From the human T2T-CHM13v2.0 reference genome, Homo sapiens: a stretch of DNA of 64,000 bases. Location of the stretch: the NCBI RefSeq assembly GCF_009914755.1, contig NC_060928.1; one strand, written 5' to 3'. Below, one piece after another: positions 44,861-56,500 of this stretch (positions are counted from its first letter, which is position 1; every line of letters begins with the position of its first letter). Under the pieces are notes generated by a model, which was not told where the DNA came from, did not search any database, and worked only from the letters and a program-made list of their open reading frames with translations. Position numbers and translations under genes: made by a program.

Positions 44861-45332
44861 AGTATATTAGTTTCAAATTGCTACTATAACAAGTAGCCAC
44901 AAACTTAGTGTCTCAAAATGATAAAAAAAATTATCTTACAGTTCTGAAGGTCAGAAGTTCAAAAATGAGTCTCTGAGCTAAAATCAAGGTATCAGCAGAG
45001 GACTATGTTCCTTCTGTAGGCTCTCAGGGAGAATTGATTTCTTTGTCTTTTCTAGCATTTAGAGGCCACCCGCCTTGGTTTGTGGCTTTGCCTCACTCTG
45101 ACCTTTCTTTCCTCTTCACATCTCCTTCTATGATTCTGACTCTCCTGCCTCCCTCTTTCTAATAGAAACCCTTGTGATTACACTGGGCCCACCTGGATAA
45201 CCCAGGATAACCTCCCCATCTCAATGTCCTTAACTTAATCACATCTCCAAAGTCCCTTGTGTCATGGAAAGTAGTATATTCACACAGTCTGAAGATTAGC
45301 GCATCACTGGTAGACCATTATTCTGCCTACTG
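44861..45332 (-). mobile_element. MLT1 (C/D-like) MaLR LTR
   Basis: ccacaaacttagtgtctcaaaa...cttacagttctgaaggtcagaag...ccattattctgcctac. Confidence 0.8.
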
Positions 45333-46246
45333 AAATGATATGAGAGCTTTTTGTAATTAAAGCAAAAATGTTATAATAAGCCCTCATCTTTAAGAATGTG
45401 AGTAATATGCATGATGATGAAGTATACTTATTTTAGCTTGATAGTAAGAAAGAAGTAGAAAAAAATGATGGTTAGGTAATCTATTATACTTCTACATGCT
45501 TTTATAGTGAAAAAAAGTAATTGTTCTTTATTTTATGCTCTTCCTTGTTCATCTCTTTTCAAACTTTTTATGATCGTTTTTACTTGAAAATGTTGTCAGT
45601 CGAATGTGTCATTTAGTTTTGCTCCCTCCTCTTCAAGATTCAACAAGATAAAAATATAAATTTTAGTAGCAGTAAAGCTGTGGAAAGAGAAAAGTTCTAC
45701 TTACTAACTCTTTCCCAAGTTGGCCTTTTCCAGACATTCACAGGTATAGCCGCTGAACAAATGGAAATCACCAGTGAAGTAGAAGCAGCACTTGCTCCAG
45801 TAGACTGACCCTGTGGCAGGAGCAGGAACAGCAAAGAGTAAGGATGATTACAAGGAGTCCGGTCCCAGGGGGAAGCAATGATCCTGGGCCACACATGCAC
45901 TTGTTCATCAACTAAAAAGAGAAAATGGGGGGTAAATTAGAGCAGTTATCTCCCCAATATCCTCAAGAGGATTTGAATGCCAATTTGGGGAATCATCAGA
46001 GCCATACAGAAGGAGGAAAAGATTCTCCCTATAAGTAATATCGCTTCTATGTCCTTCTGCCCACACGTGCTTCTACTCTGAAACTGTGATAAAAGGACAG
46101 AAAGCCAAAACTCTAAAGTAAGAGGATCACAACTAACTTCGAAAGCATTTGTTGTACACTCTTCCCTGCATTGTGAAATGCACAGAAATATTGGGATAAG
46201 TGGTTTGCACCAAGAAGAGTGAACAAAATGGAGCTATAAGAGCACC

Positions 46247-46601
46247 GTCTTCATCTGTTCTTGTGACTATAACTAAGTACCATAGACAAGGTGGCTTATA
46301 AACAACAGGAATTTGTTACTCAGAGTTCTGGAGGTCAGAAGTCTGAGATCAGGGTGCCAACGTGGTTGGGTTCTGGTGAGGTCCCTCTTCCAGATTGCAG
46401 ACTGCTATCTTCTGTTTACACATGGCAGAAAGACAGAGAGAGAAATTGGGTCTCTTTTATAAGGGCACTAATTCTATTCATGAGGGCTCCTTCCTTACGA
46501 CCTAATCACATCCCAAAGGCCCCACTTCCTAGTATCATCACAATGGGGAATAGGATTTCAATGTAGGAACTGGGGGAAAACACAAACATTCAGTCCATGG
46601 C
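46247..46601 (-). mobile_element. MLT1A-like MaLR LTR
   Basis: taccatagacaaggtggcttataaacaacagg...acacaaacattcagtccatggca. Confidence 0.82.
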
Positions 46602-46819
46602 AAGCACCAAGAGTAGCTAGGATATTCAACTTTGTCTGTACTCAGGAAGAGCCCACAGGAATGGTATGCAAAAGGAGGTGAAGATCATGAGGAATACAAA
46701 TAATCTTGCCTTGAGATACAGAGTCTCTGATTCAGAGAACAGGAGTATAAGAAGGAAATTGAATAAGTGAATGAATGAAAATTACATTAATGAAGAAATT
46801 ATATAAAAATCAGTTCTTT

Positions 46820-48035
46820 AGACAAAGTTTCCTTAATTCTTTAAACAGATTAAAAATTGCTGATTTATTTTTTTTTCCTAGTAAGTCCAACACCTGGGCT
46901 TCCTTAGAGATGATTTTTACTGATTTTTTTTCTATGTGTGGGCCATACTTTCTTGTTTCTTTGTATGTTTTTTCCTTTTTCTTGAAGATAGGAAATTATA
47001 GATAATATAATGTAACAATGCTGGAGATCAGAGTCCTGGGCCTCTGCTGTTTTGTTGTTGCTGTGTGTTGTTGTTGTTGCTTAATTGGTGACTTTTCTGA
47101 AGTTAATTCTGTTAAGTCTACAGACTTTGTTGTGTGTGACTGCTGGAGTCCCAGATGTTTAGCTTAGCGGTCATCTAATCATTGGATATAAATTGTTTTC
47201 AAATGCCTGAAACCAACGTCTCCTAACCTTTGCTTAAGGATTCTGTGCACGTGTTGGGACTTAACCCTAACTACTAAGCCACACAGTTGACAACACTGTC
47301 TTAACCTTCATTTTCTGCTTGCACAGAACCTCAGAATCAGCCAAAATTGAGGTGCCCAGACCTTCTCAGGTCTTTCCTGAGAATTCACACCACCCTATCA
47401 TACACATAACCCTACCCCTGCATATGACCTTCTAGATTTTTTAGAGATTTTCCTTTCCTATGGACATTTTCTTCCCCAACTTTTAAGCTTCTGGTTAGCC
47501 TGTTTTTTTCCCCTGTTATTCACCTTTTCAGTGAATGTGAAGTTACAGAATTGCCTCCAAACAATTTAACAAATGTCCCCAAGAAAAAGACTTTTCACAC
47601 TGGGCAAGCTCCATGTCAGGACAAAAAACAAACAAACAAAAAAACATGCACAGCTCAGTAAGTGGAGGCCTCCAGAGAACCACCAGACAGTTCCAACACT
47701 GACAATTCTCCGAGAATGAGGTTGTGAAGGAGTTCTAGCTCTGTTCTGGTCCCTCCAGTAGCTGCCAAGTGGCTAGTTTTTACTGTGATTGTGGGCTATT
47801 GGTTTTCAAAGATGAAATTAAGAGAAGATGGACATAGGGCAAGTTAAAACACCACAAATCTCCCTGCTTTTACTGAGATTCAGCCATTTTGTTGAATAAA
47901 TACTCCCAGAAACCTTTGGTTAATTTGTAGAATTCAGAGAAACTTGATTCTGATAAATTATCCAGTTTTCTCATTGTTTAATAACGGGATGAGTTTTTGG
48001 AGATTCTCCTCTGCCATTTTCACTGATATCATACC
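46820..48035 (-). mobile_element. Old L1M 5'-region fragment
   Basis: tagtaagtccaacacctgggcttcctt...gggccatactttcttgtttctttgtatg resembles antisense L1MC/MD; family uncertain. Confidence 0.5.
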
Positions 48036-48439
48036 GAGATGTAAGTATTAAAAGACTGAGCTTTGGATTAATTATTAAAGAGAAAAATTGTTGTGTATAT
48101 TTTAAAGACTATTCATTTACACATGAAGCAGTCTACATCCAAAGGAAAAGGATAGAAACAAGTAGTAGGGCAACAGTGGCATGAAAAAGACAACTTTGCA
48201 TGTAATTTCCTTGTTCAGGTGAGAAATAATGGCGGCTGGGTCTAGGATGTTGGTGGTAGTACGCAACAGAAGTGGAACCATTTGAAAAATATTTGGAATC
48301 AAAAATTATGAAATCTTACATTGAACGTTAGAGAGTGTGCAGAATTTTGGTCCCCATAACCTCAACCCTTGGTGCTACTCTGGTGGATATGTTACTTTAC
48401 CTGGCAAAAGGGATTTACAGATGTAATTAAGATGGTTTT

Positions 48440-49419
48440 GTTACATAACTGCTGAAGCAGCAGGCCTGGTTGATACTTTGATTTTAGTTCGATGACACCT
48501 TGAGCAATAAACCCAGCCCTCGGCCTAGCTCCTGCCGGCCTTCGGGTTTGCAGTGGTGCTGTTGTCCCGGGCAAGGCTAGCGGCAGCACGGCCATCCCCA
48601 AGCTTTTTCCCACGCTCCTGCAACCACAGCAGAGAGAAGGGATGCCATTCGAGGTGCTCAGTAACCTCACCAAGCGGCCCTAATGCTTCCACTCCGAGTT
48701 TCTGAGGAATCTGAAGGCACTTCACCTTGAGGCTTGGCTGGTGGAAGCGATCTTCGGAAGCCGAGTGTACGTCACATGTCCTGCTTCGAGTGAATCGGTG
48801 GGACCCAGAAAGCGAGGCTGAGATCTTGATATTTGGGAGGCCTTATTGCCAGAAGGACACATTCAAGATGATCATGAATACTTGATTGACTATCACGACC
48901 AGCTCCAGGTGCAAGCCTCGGAAAAGGCCCTCGCCCAGGATGTCGACACTCAGAAGGCTGAGACCCACCACTTTCCCAAAGCTGGCCAGGAGGCCAGGAC
49001 CCAGCCATCTCTGGAGGCTGCTGGGGAGATCGGGACTCAGTGGTCTTCAATCGCAGTCCGGGAGGCTGGGACCCAGCAGCCTCTGGTCGAGGTCAGGGAG
49101 GCCAGGACCCAGCAGTCTCTCGAGGCTGCCAGCGAGTGGGGGACCCAATGTTCTCCCGAAGCTGCCAGCAAGGCAGGGAGTCAGTGATTTCGCTTGGCCG
49201 GTGGTGAGGCTGCCAAGGACCAGTTTACCAAATTACGAAGGCATCTCAGGCCCTGGAGCAGAGCCAGTCAGGGGTTGAAGTGGAAGCCCTTGGAAGAGCC
49301 AGATTCTTCTACGGTGTGTATGGTGTGGATTGTTTTTGTTTTCCCCTTCTGCTAAATGTTTGCAAATACAAACTTAAAGTTCTAATAAATAATTGTATTT
49401 CCAAAAAAAAAAAAAAAAA
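48440..49419 (+). pseudogene. Processed pseudogene (retrocopy) of KHDC3L (ECAT1/C6orf221, KH-domain oocyte protein)
   Basis: From ACG at 48588 it translates to xAIPKLFPTLLQPQQREGMPFEVLSNLTKRP*CFHSEFLRNLKALHLEAWLVEAIFG / AECTSHVLLRVNRWDPESEAEILIFGRPYCQKDTFKMIMN / LIDYHDQLQVQASEKALAQDVDTQKAET...EAGTQ repeats...SPEAASKA, colinear with KHDC3L as I recall it. No introns; AATAAA at 49384; A17 at 49403-49419. Disabled by loss of the ATG, TAA at 48681, frameshifts at ~48759 and ~48880, and TGA at 49185. 5' boundary approximate. Confidence 0.9.
48955..49184 (+). repeat. Degenerate coding tandem repeats (E-A-G-T-Q-like units) of the KHDC3L C-terminus
   Basis: Recurrent gaggc(t/c)(g/a)ggacccag giving KAETH, EARTQ, EIGTQ, EAGTQ, EARTQ, EWGTQ and KAGSQ. 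Confidence 0.85.
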
Positions 49420-49898
49420 TCCAGCCACATAGTAACAGACTTCTATCTAAAGAACTGTAAGATAATAGTGTTACTTCAAGCCAGTAAGTTTGTGGTAACA
49501 GCGTTATGGTTGCAATAGAAAACTGATACAGATGGTAAAGGAGAGAGAGAAAGCAAGGATGCAGTCTTGCTTGTGGCACTTCCTGTTGAATGGAAACGGG
49601 TCCAATTTTTTGAGATAGAAACCCCAGAGGAGGAATAGGCTCAGGTGTAGCAACAGAGAGGCCAACATCAATGTTGCACATGTTCAGTTTGGGGTACTTT
49701 TGGAAGTTCAAGTAAAAACAAAAGTTAATAGTTTATTGCCTGTAGAGATCTGGAGTTCAGAGAATAAATAAGGCTAAAAATATAAGTCCATTAGCATGTA
49801 GTTGTTAACTGAAGTCGAGTAAATGGATTAAATTGCCTAGGGATGGAGAGTAAAATGAGAAGAGACAAATGATCGTCTGAAGCTGTGTTGTCTCAGAT

Positions 49899-50431
49899 TG
49901 TAACCAAAATGTGGGTTAGTTGCTTGCTGCATGTGGAATCCAGTTAACAAGAGCAAAGTCCAATACAAAGCAAGTGAATTTATTACAAAACCAGCTTGGG
50001 AAAGAGGCACAGTTGTCCTGCCCCACCACTTCACTTTTTGAGCAGAAAGCAGGCACTTTTAAGGGAGTAAATGAGCAAGAGCAGGGGACCCCCTGCTAGG
50101 TTGGTGCCTTATCTATGGGCAGATGAGTTGGTGCCTCCCTGGGCAGAAGTAAGTAGTAAAAATGGCCAAGTGGGCATATTTTCCACATGCCCTCCTGAGG
50201 CAACACCCTGGAGGTGAGAGTTTCTTGGAGGCATGCTTTGGTCTGCAAATCGACTGTCTACTCTCAAGGAGAGATTCATCTTGCCCTGTAGGAAATGTTT
50301 GGTGAGGGGGAGGTGAAAGGTTGTATTTTCATTTCTAAAGGACTAAGTAGGAAGTGGGAAACCGGGGAAACAAGAAGAGAGAGGGGAATAAATTAAACTA
50401 CCTCTTAGAAAAATGAAGGTAATCAGTTACA
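49899..50431 (-). mobile_element. ERV1-class solo LTR (subfamily uncertain, LTR39/LTR49-like)
   Basis: tgtaac...gttaca inverted ends; 4-bp TSD agat/agac; aataaa on the minus strand near 49980. Confidence 0.75.
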
Positions 50432-51109
50432 AGACTGCTGGGTACAGGCTAAAACAGGATTCCTTCAACTAAACCTATATACTTGCTTTGTGTTTTCCAA
50501 TCCACTTTAATAAAGTTTGTCTTTCTTAAAGCAATTCAAGGGGCAAGAGGAGCCAACATATCCCAACATTTTCTCATATCCCGACATTTTCCTAGAATGT
50601 CTCTTAAAAAGTTTCTAACAGTTTAAACAGCAGCTTCACTAACCAAGATCAATACCTGCTAATTTACCAGAATAGAATGATGAAACTCACAGTCTCCCAC
50701 CTTCCTTTAGCTCAACCAATTCCACATTTTATAATAAGCTTTGAAATATCCTGCTTCTAAGTATTTAATGTTTGAATTTTTCAGGAGTTCTCCATTTGAA
50801 AGATATAGAAACTTACTAGCTTAGTCAAAAATGGAAAATATATTGAATGGATTCACTCAATAAACAAATATTTATTATTTTTTAGTAATTAAATATCATA
50901 GACACTGTGCTAAGTGTCATATATTCAGAAGTAAACAATAAGTCTGTGGTTCTCTGCACTTTTAGCAAAAATCTAGTGGGGATATGAAGACACCAGGGTA
51001 ACTTATGCAACAGAAGGAGGAGTTGAATAATCAGGCTGGAAAAGGGCAAGAATGCAACTGAGCTTTAGGAACAGCTGAGGCCCCAATAACAAATCACTCC
51101 AGAAATAAC

Positions 51110-51330
51110 GACTGCTAAGTGCCTTTATTGTATGTGTCCTGTTTATATTCATAGTCTTATGTCATTTTTACAACAGATATATAATTTAAATAGTACTGGC
51201 TCCATCTTCCAGATAAGAAAAACTAATGCTCAGAAACATTAACAAATTATCTAAGGTAATCTAGGTAATAAAATCAAATGCTAAAATTTAAATGCCAGTG
51301 TGAAAACCTCAATATTCACACTCTTTTTGT
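51110..51330 (-). mobile_element. MIR
   Basis: ccatcttccagataagaaaactaatgctcagaaacattaa. Confidence 0.6.
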
Positions 51331-53785
51331 TATATCATTTTGCTTCCAAATCAAAATCCAGGAAAATGAGGAAATGACATTTATGTCTAATTTTCTTTTA
51401 AAAAAATACAAAATATGTGACAACTTTCTAATTCATTCATGCCAGTGGTTTGTAATTCTGTGACTTCTACTTTTCTGTTTTTGACAATTTCTCTCCCCAA
51501 CTGACTCCACAGCTTTGAATACATCCGACATTTATGTAATTCATCCGATAGCATAAGAAGAATACATGTTCCAACTAAAGTAGGATATCGGAACTGAAGT
51601 AATCAGTGTTGCTTCACTTTATCAATACAATTAATGAAGGTAGCCACATTTTTAGGTCTGAAAGCATCAAGAAAATACAAGAAATGTTAATAGATTTTTA
51701 AAGGGTAAATTAAAAGTAGAGTATCATATTTAGAGTTAGCATACTACAATGCTGATACAAGTTAAATAAGTGTTATTAGACATGAATACATTAAAATAAG
51801 TTCAACCTGACAGATTTTGAACTGTTTTGATAGCAACCCACTTACTGGTATTTCTGAAAACAAAGCCATTTGAAATGGCTCAGCAGTCACAAGTATAAAC
51901 CACGATGTCTGAATGCTGTTATCAAATACTTCCATGAAGTGAAGAGTGTCCCCTAAAACTATTACTTTGGAGAAAAATTCCTGGTAGACACATAGCTCAG
52001 TAATAAAATTTTAAAAAATTGAAAACAGATCAATTTATAAATACAAAAATGTTAGTGCCCATGTTGATCTATGTCTTTCATTTTCTTCTGACAGCAGTGC
52101 CAAGCACTGAAATCCCACAATCCGTCATGAATAATGCATAAGCAACACAGAGATTCATTTAGGGATCTTAAAAATCCCTGGCTGCAGGTTGACATTTCAT
52201 CTGTTATATGGGGACAGAGGAACCTTTATTTTCCACTTCAGTGGCCCAATTTAACTTCTTCCTTCCTAAGACAAAGAGCACACACCCTCACTGAAACGCA
52301 GGCATGTGCCCTTGCCTGCACGTGCAGGCACAACAAACACAATTATTTCAAGCTATAAACTTCAAATCTCATTTTGTGAGCTATTAGCTATAATGTTTGA
52401 TGAATCACTGGATACAGGATTTATGTAACTTCACAAGAAGTTACCCAAAGTCAATATGTCTTTCTGAATATATTGCATTTACCTAAGTTTATTCTCTTAG
52501 ATGATTTGCATTGTGTTTGCTTATCCAAGCTTAACAAATAAGTCTATCAAAAATGAGACCTGAGCCTGAGAGATCCTAGGTACTGTAGGCACTAGAGAGA
52601 AAGTATCACCCATAATACTTTGAGCCCTTTAATCTCTAAGATTCCTTCTTTTATGGAAAATAAAGTGGTCTAATTCCTTTTCATCCCACCTACTCAGGGA
52701 AGTTTATTATTGCCCCAGTTATTTCTGAAATTCTTGGAAGGAGGTGCTTAAGTTCCTTTTGTGACCCTTTATGTTCAGTTTTAAATTTCAATTATTACTG
52801 AATGCTTTGTTCTTTCATTGTGATCTCACCCTTTGTAGCTTTTTTTTTCTTTCTATCCCAGAGTGAACCTCATACTTCATTCCTTCTCTTACATCTTCAT
52901 TAGAATTCTTTTTGGGTAACCAACTTTTCCTGGAGGTTTTGACATAAAGAAGAGAAGCTTTAGCAAAGTACATGAAACAACACAATTTTAAATTGATCGC
53001 TAGGTATCAGTGTCATTAATGACATTAGACATCACCACCACAGAAAACTTCCTGCCAGCTGCCCTTTCTCTATGCCTCTGTTTGTTTCTTTAATTTTTGT
53101 GTTTTCATCTTCCCTAACCAGAACTTTCTCCCCATCACATCCTCCTCCCATATGGCCTCCCTTCCTTCCCTTCATATGTTCCAGCAAAAAGCTCAAAAAT
53201 CAAAATTTCTATTATTTTATTAAACTATTAAGTAGAAGAAATTAGTTATCTCAATTTCCTTGTCTTTCCTACCAAAAGGGTCATTAAACAAAGGGTCTTC
53301 CTAAAATCAGTAAGAGGCTCTTGCAGTCCCTTCAGCCTGTATTAACAGCTTTAGGGACAGCCAGCCCTTTCTGAATTATTCTCAGGATCACCCAAACATA
53401 ACATTTTTTCTTTTTTTTCTTTAAGAAATTGCCTTATTTTTCTTTAGCAGAAGGACAGCAAATTCCTCAGAAGAAAATATCTTCATTCTACAAAATACAT
53501 AGCAGTGATAGAGATGATGGAGTATATGAGAACAGCGTCTTTTTCTGTACTTTCTACCACTTCTTGATGGGGTGCACATGGTAAGGATGACACTCCAATC
53601 TGTTCGAAGTAGCACCTTTCAGGGCTAGAACAGAAAGCTGATATCCTGTTAGATATCTACTGTTAGATCCTACCTCGTAGTCCTAGGTTATGTGAAATTA
53701 CACTCCAGGAAAGGGTCCCGCACAGGGTTTTTGCAGAGCAGCTGAAGCATGGTTTTTACCTGAGTAAAAAGGCAGAGACACCAAG

Positions 53786-54341
53786 TGTCAGAGGCATTTT
53801 AATCAGAACGACTCCATCTTAAGAGTGGGCTAGGAAAAATAGGGCAGGCACTTGCTGGACCTCATTCCCAGGAAATTAGATACTTCTAGCCTCTAAATGT
53901 TTACAATTAAGGGAAAAGATTGATAACGTTTACTAAACAGATCCAGAATCAGTAATGTCCTGATACCCCGATATCTTGAGTCTTAAGAACAGAAGCACTC
54001 TTAATTTTTGTTTTAAAGGTAATAATATTGATTCTTGCAAAATATAGTAATTAAGAAAGTTAATCCTTTATCACAAACCCTTGTAGCAGAGCACATCTCC
54101 CCATGATTTTGTTGTTGTCCTTGTTATCCTATGTATAAGCAAACATTGTATCTGGGGAGGGCGCATACCTCCTCTTACTTTCGGCAACGCCCTACTCTTC
54201 TATGGACTAGCTCTTCTTTCGCCAGTTTACTTTCTTAACACACTTGCTTTCACTTACACTGTGGACTCGGCCCGAATCTGTCTTGTGCGACATCCAAAAA
54301 CCCTCTCTTGGAGTCTGGATCGGGACCACTTTCTGGTAACA
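53786..54341 (+). mobile_element. MER41 (C/D/E-like) solo LTR
   Basis: tgtcagaggc...gactccatctt start; gagtctggatcgggaccactttctggtaaca end; TSD caag/tgag. Confidence 0.85.
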
Positions 54342-56199
54342 TGAGTACATGACTGCACCTCACCATTCTTTTAACAAATGTTTGGGCCTTTGAAATAGCT
54401 AGGACTGGGTTTCCTCCTTAGTGCCTTTGATTATTCTTCTTTATTTGCGCAGTTCATTATTACTTTTCTATCAATTTACAATCTATTTTCATTGTTCTCT
54501 TGCAGTTGCTAACATGAAAAGCAAAGTATATGGGACTTAATCCATTGTAACTTTAAAAGTTCAGGTTATTTTGGTTACTATTACATTGGACATTTTCAAT
54601 TTTTAAAATTTGGCATAGGTTCTAGTTGAACCCTTCATTTCACAGAATAGGAAATTAAAACCTAAAGAGATTAAACAAGACTTAATCTCATCTAGAAATT
54701 CTCAGTTAGATTTTGGCAAAACAGGAGGCCAGGTCTCTGGCTTCGCTGGCAAGGGCTTTTTACAATATGCCGTCTTGCCCTCTCTTCCTGTGGAGCATTT
54801 GGTTCATCCCACTAAGTAACAATTATCTTTTATGCTGTATTGCTTGTTATTATTTTATTATTATTATTGTCTAAACTGCTTAATTATAAATCCCTTGAAG
54901 GTAAAGATTATGCTTGATTCTAAAATATCTCTAGAAGCTAGTATATTTATAGTGCTGAGCACAATTTTTGGCAATTAACATTTCCTGGGGCAATTTTATT
55001 ATACCCACTTTTTTTCCAAGCACTTTTGCAAGTCTTTTTTTTTTTTCTTTAATTGAGTGACTGATATGAAAACTAAGATCAAATTATTTTCAGGAATAAA
55101 TCATAAGGTTTTTTTTTCTGTCTTCCATTAATGGCAATGTAAGAAAATATTGCGAGGTCCAATGAAATCTTAAGGGAGGAACTATAATCTTTCCTCTACT
55201 AATGTTTCCATATGGAGGGAACTCCATTAAGGTGACACTCTGGCCTCTTTATCCTGGTACTTTTCCCTCAAAACTCACATTTCCCTGGAGAAAGATAGGG
55301 GAATGTTTGACACAAGTCAGGCCTGCTGTTTCCACAATTCCATGGGAGTACCATACATACCATAGTCTATTGGGTGGCTCTTCTCTCTAGTGGATCTGAT
55401 TGTCTGCATAAATATTTATAGGATAAATTTAATTGTAGAGAGCAACATTAGCAAAACAATTTACTTGCATCCAAATCCAGGCTACATTCTCCAAACAGCT
55501 TTCTCAGTAATGAAGCTGATAGTTTTTGTTTTGGTTTTTTTAACTTTTGTGTCATTTGGTTATAAATGTAGGTACTAAGAAAAAGGTGCTGTTATTTATT
55601 TGGTAACCCCCCCTTAAATGTCAACAACAGTGCCTCTTTTTATAAATTGCTTTAATAACCTCATAAGAGGAAAGCACATATTTCTTACTACAAACTGTCA
55701 GAATGTATCAAAAAGTAATTGTGGATGCCCACGATTGGGGGAAGAGAAACAGAGTAGTTAACTGTCTTCTATCTCATTTCCTCCTAGAGCCAGAGGCAGC
55801 AACTTTAACTCTTGTATTTCTAGCTTTTCTGTATTTCTGACATTACTAGGACCATTGCACAAAACATTGTGGTGACTGATTTTATCCAAGTTAACATTCT
55901 GACAATGCTGAATGCTGCAGCTTTTTCACACACATTCTTTAAGCAGAAAGTCATTTTAAAAGTGTCATCTACTTGGGACAGTGCTGAGCTAATGTGATAT
56001 GGCGTGACAAGCTTCACCAAGTTTGACACCTTCTACTTATTGCATTGGAAAATCATTAGATTAATTAATTAGTAGACATAATTAATTAGAAACACTTGAT
56101 AATGAATTAATTGGTGTACTTTTGGTAAGAATAGAATGAGTATGAGGTATCTTCTAAGAGAAATACAAAAATAAACTATAATGTTAAATAAGTTAGTCA

Positions 56200-56500
56200 A
56201 AATAACATTACTGATATTATCAGGTAACTTCTCAGTTGCCATCTCAGTGAAGCCTTTCCTCACCATGCTTTCTAAAATTTCAACTTGATACTCTGACATT
56301 TTACATTTTTTCCTCTGCTTTTTTTTTTTGATAGTTACCACTGATTCATATACTCTATATTCTATTATTATTATTTGTCTCCCCCCAAATATACGCTCCA
56401 TGAGGAGAGGAATCTTTTGTTGATTGCTGTATCTCCAGCCCCTAGAACAATGCCCACCATGGAGTTGTCTCTCAGTAAGTACTTGGTAAATGAATGAATG
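56200..56500 (+). mobile_element. L2 3' end
   Basis: ctccatgaggagaggaatc...tgctgtatctccagcccctagaacaatgcc...aatgaatgaatg. Confidence 0.75.

Larger units (their letters stand above)
48336..49530 (+). mobile_element. MLT1 (E-like) LTR split by the retrocopy: 5' piece ~48336-48438, 3' piece ~49420-49530
   Basis: ggcaaaagggatttacagatgtaattaag on the left; agaactgtaagataa...aagtttgtggtaa...gcaatagaaaactgataca on the right. Confidence 0.72.

Noticed and set aside
48955-49184. Spaced short repeats as a CRISPR-like array
   Set aside because: They are degenerate in-frame protein repeats in mammalian DNA, with no constant repeat/spacer structure and no cas genes.
48846-49278. ORFs of 113 and 130 aa as functional genes
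   Set aside because: They are frameshifted or alternative frames of the KHDC3L retrocopy. The 113-aa ORF starts at TTG and lacks the KH domain.
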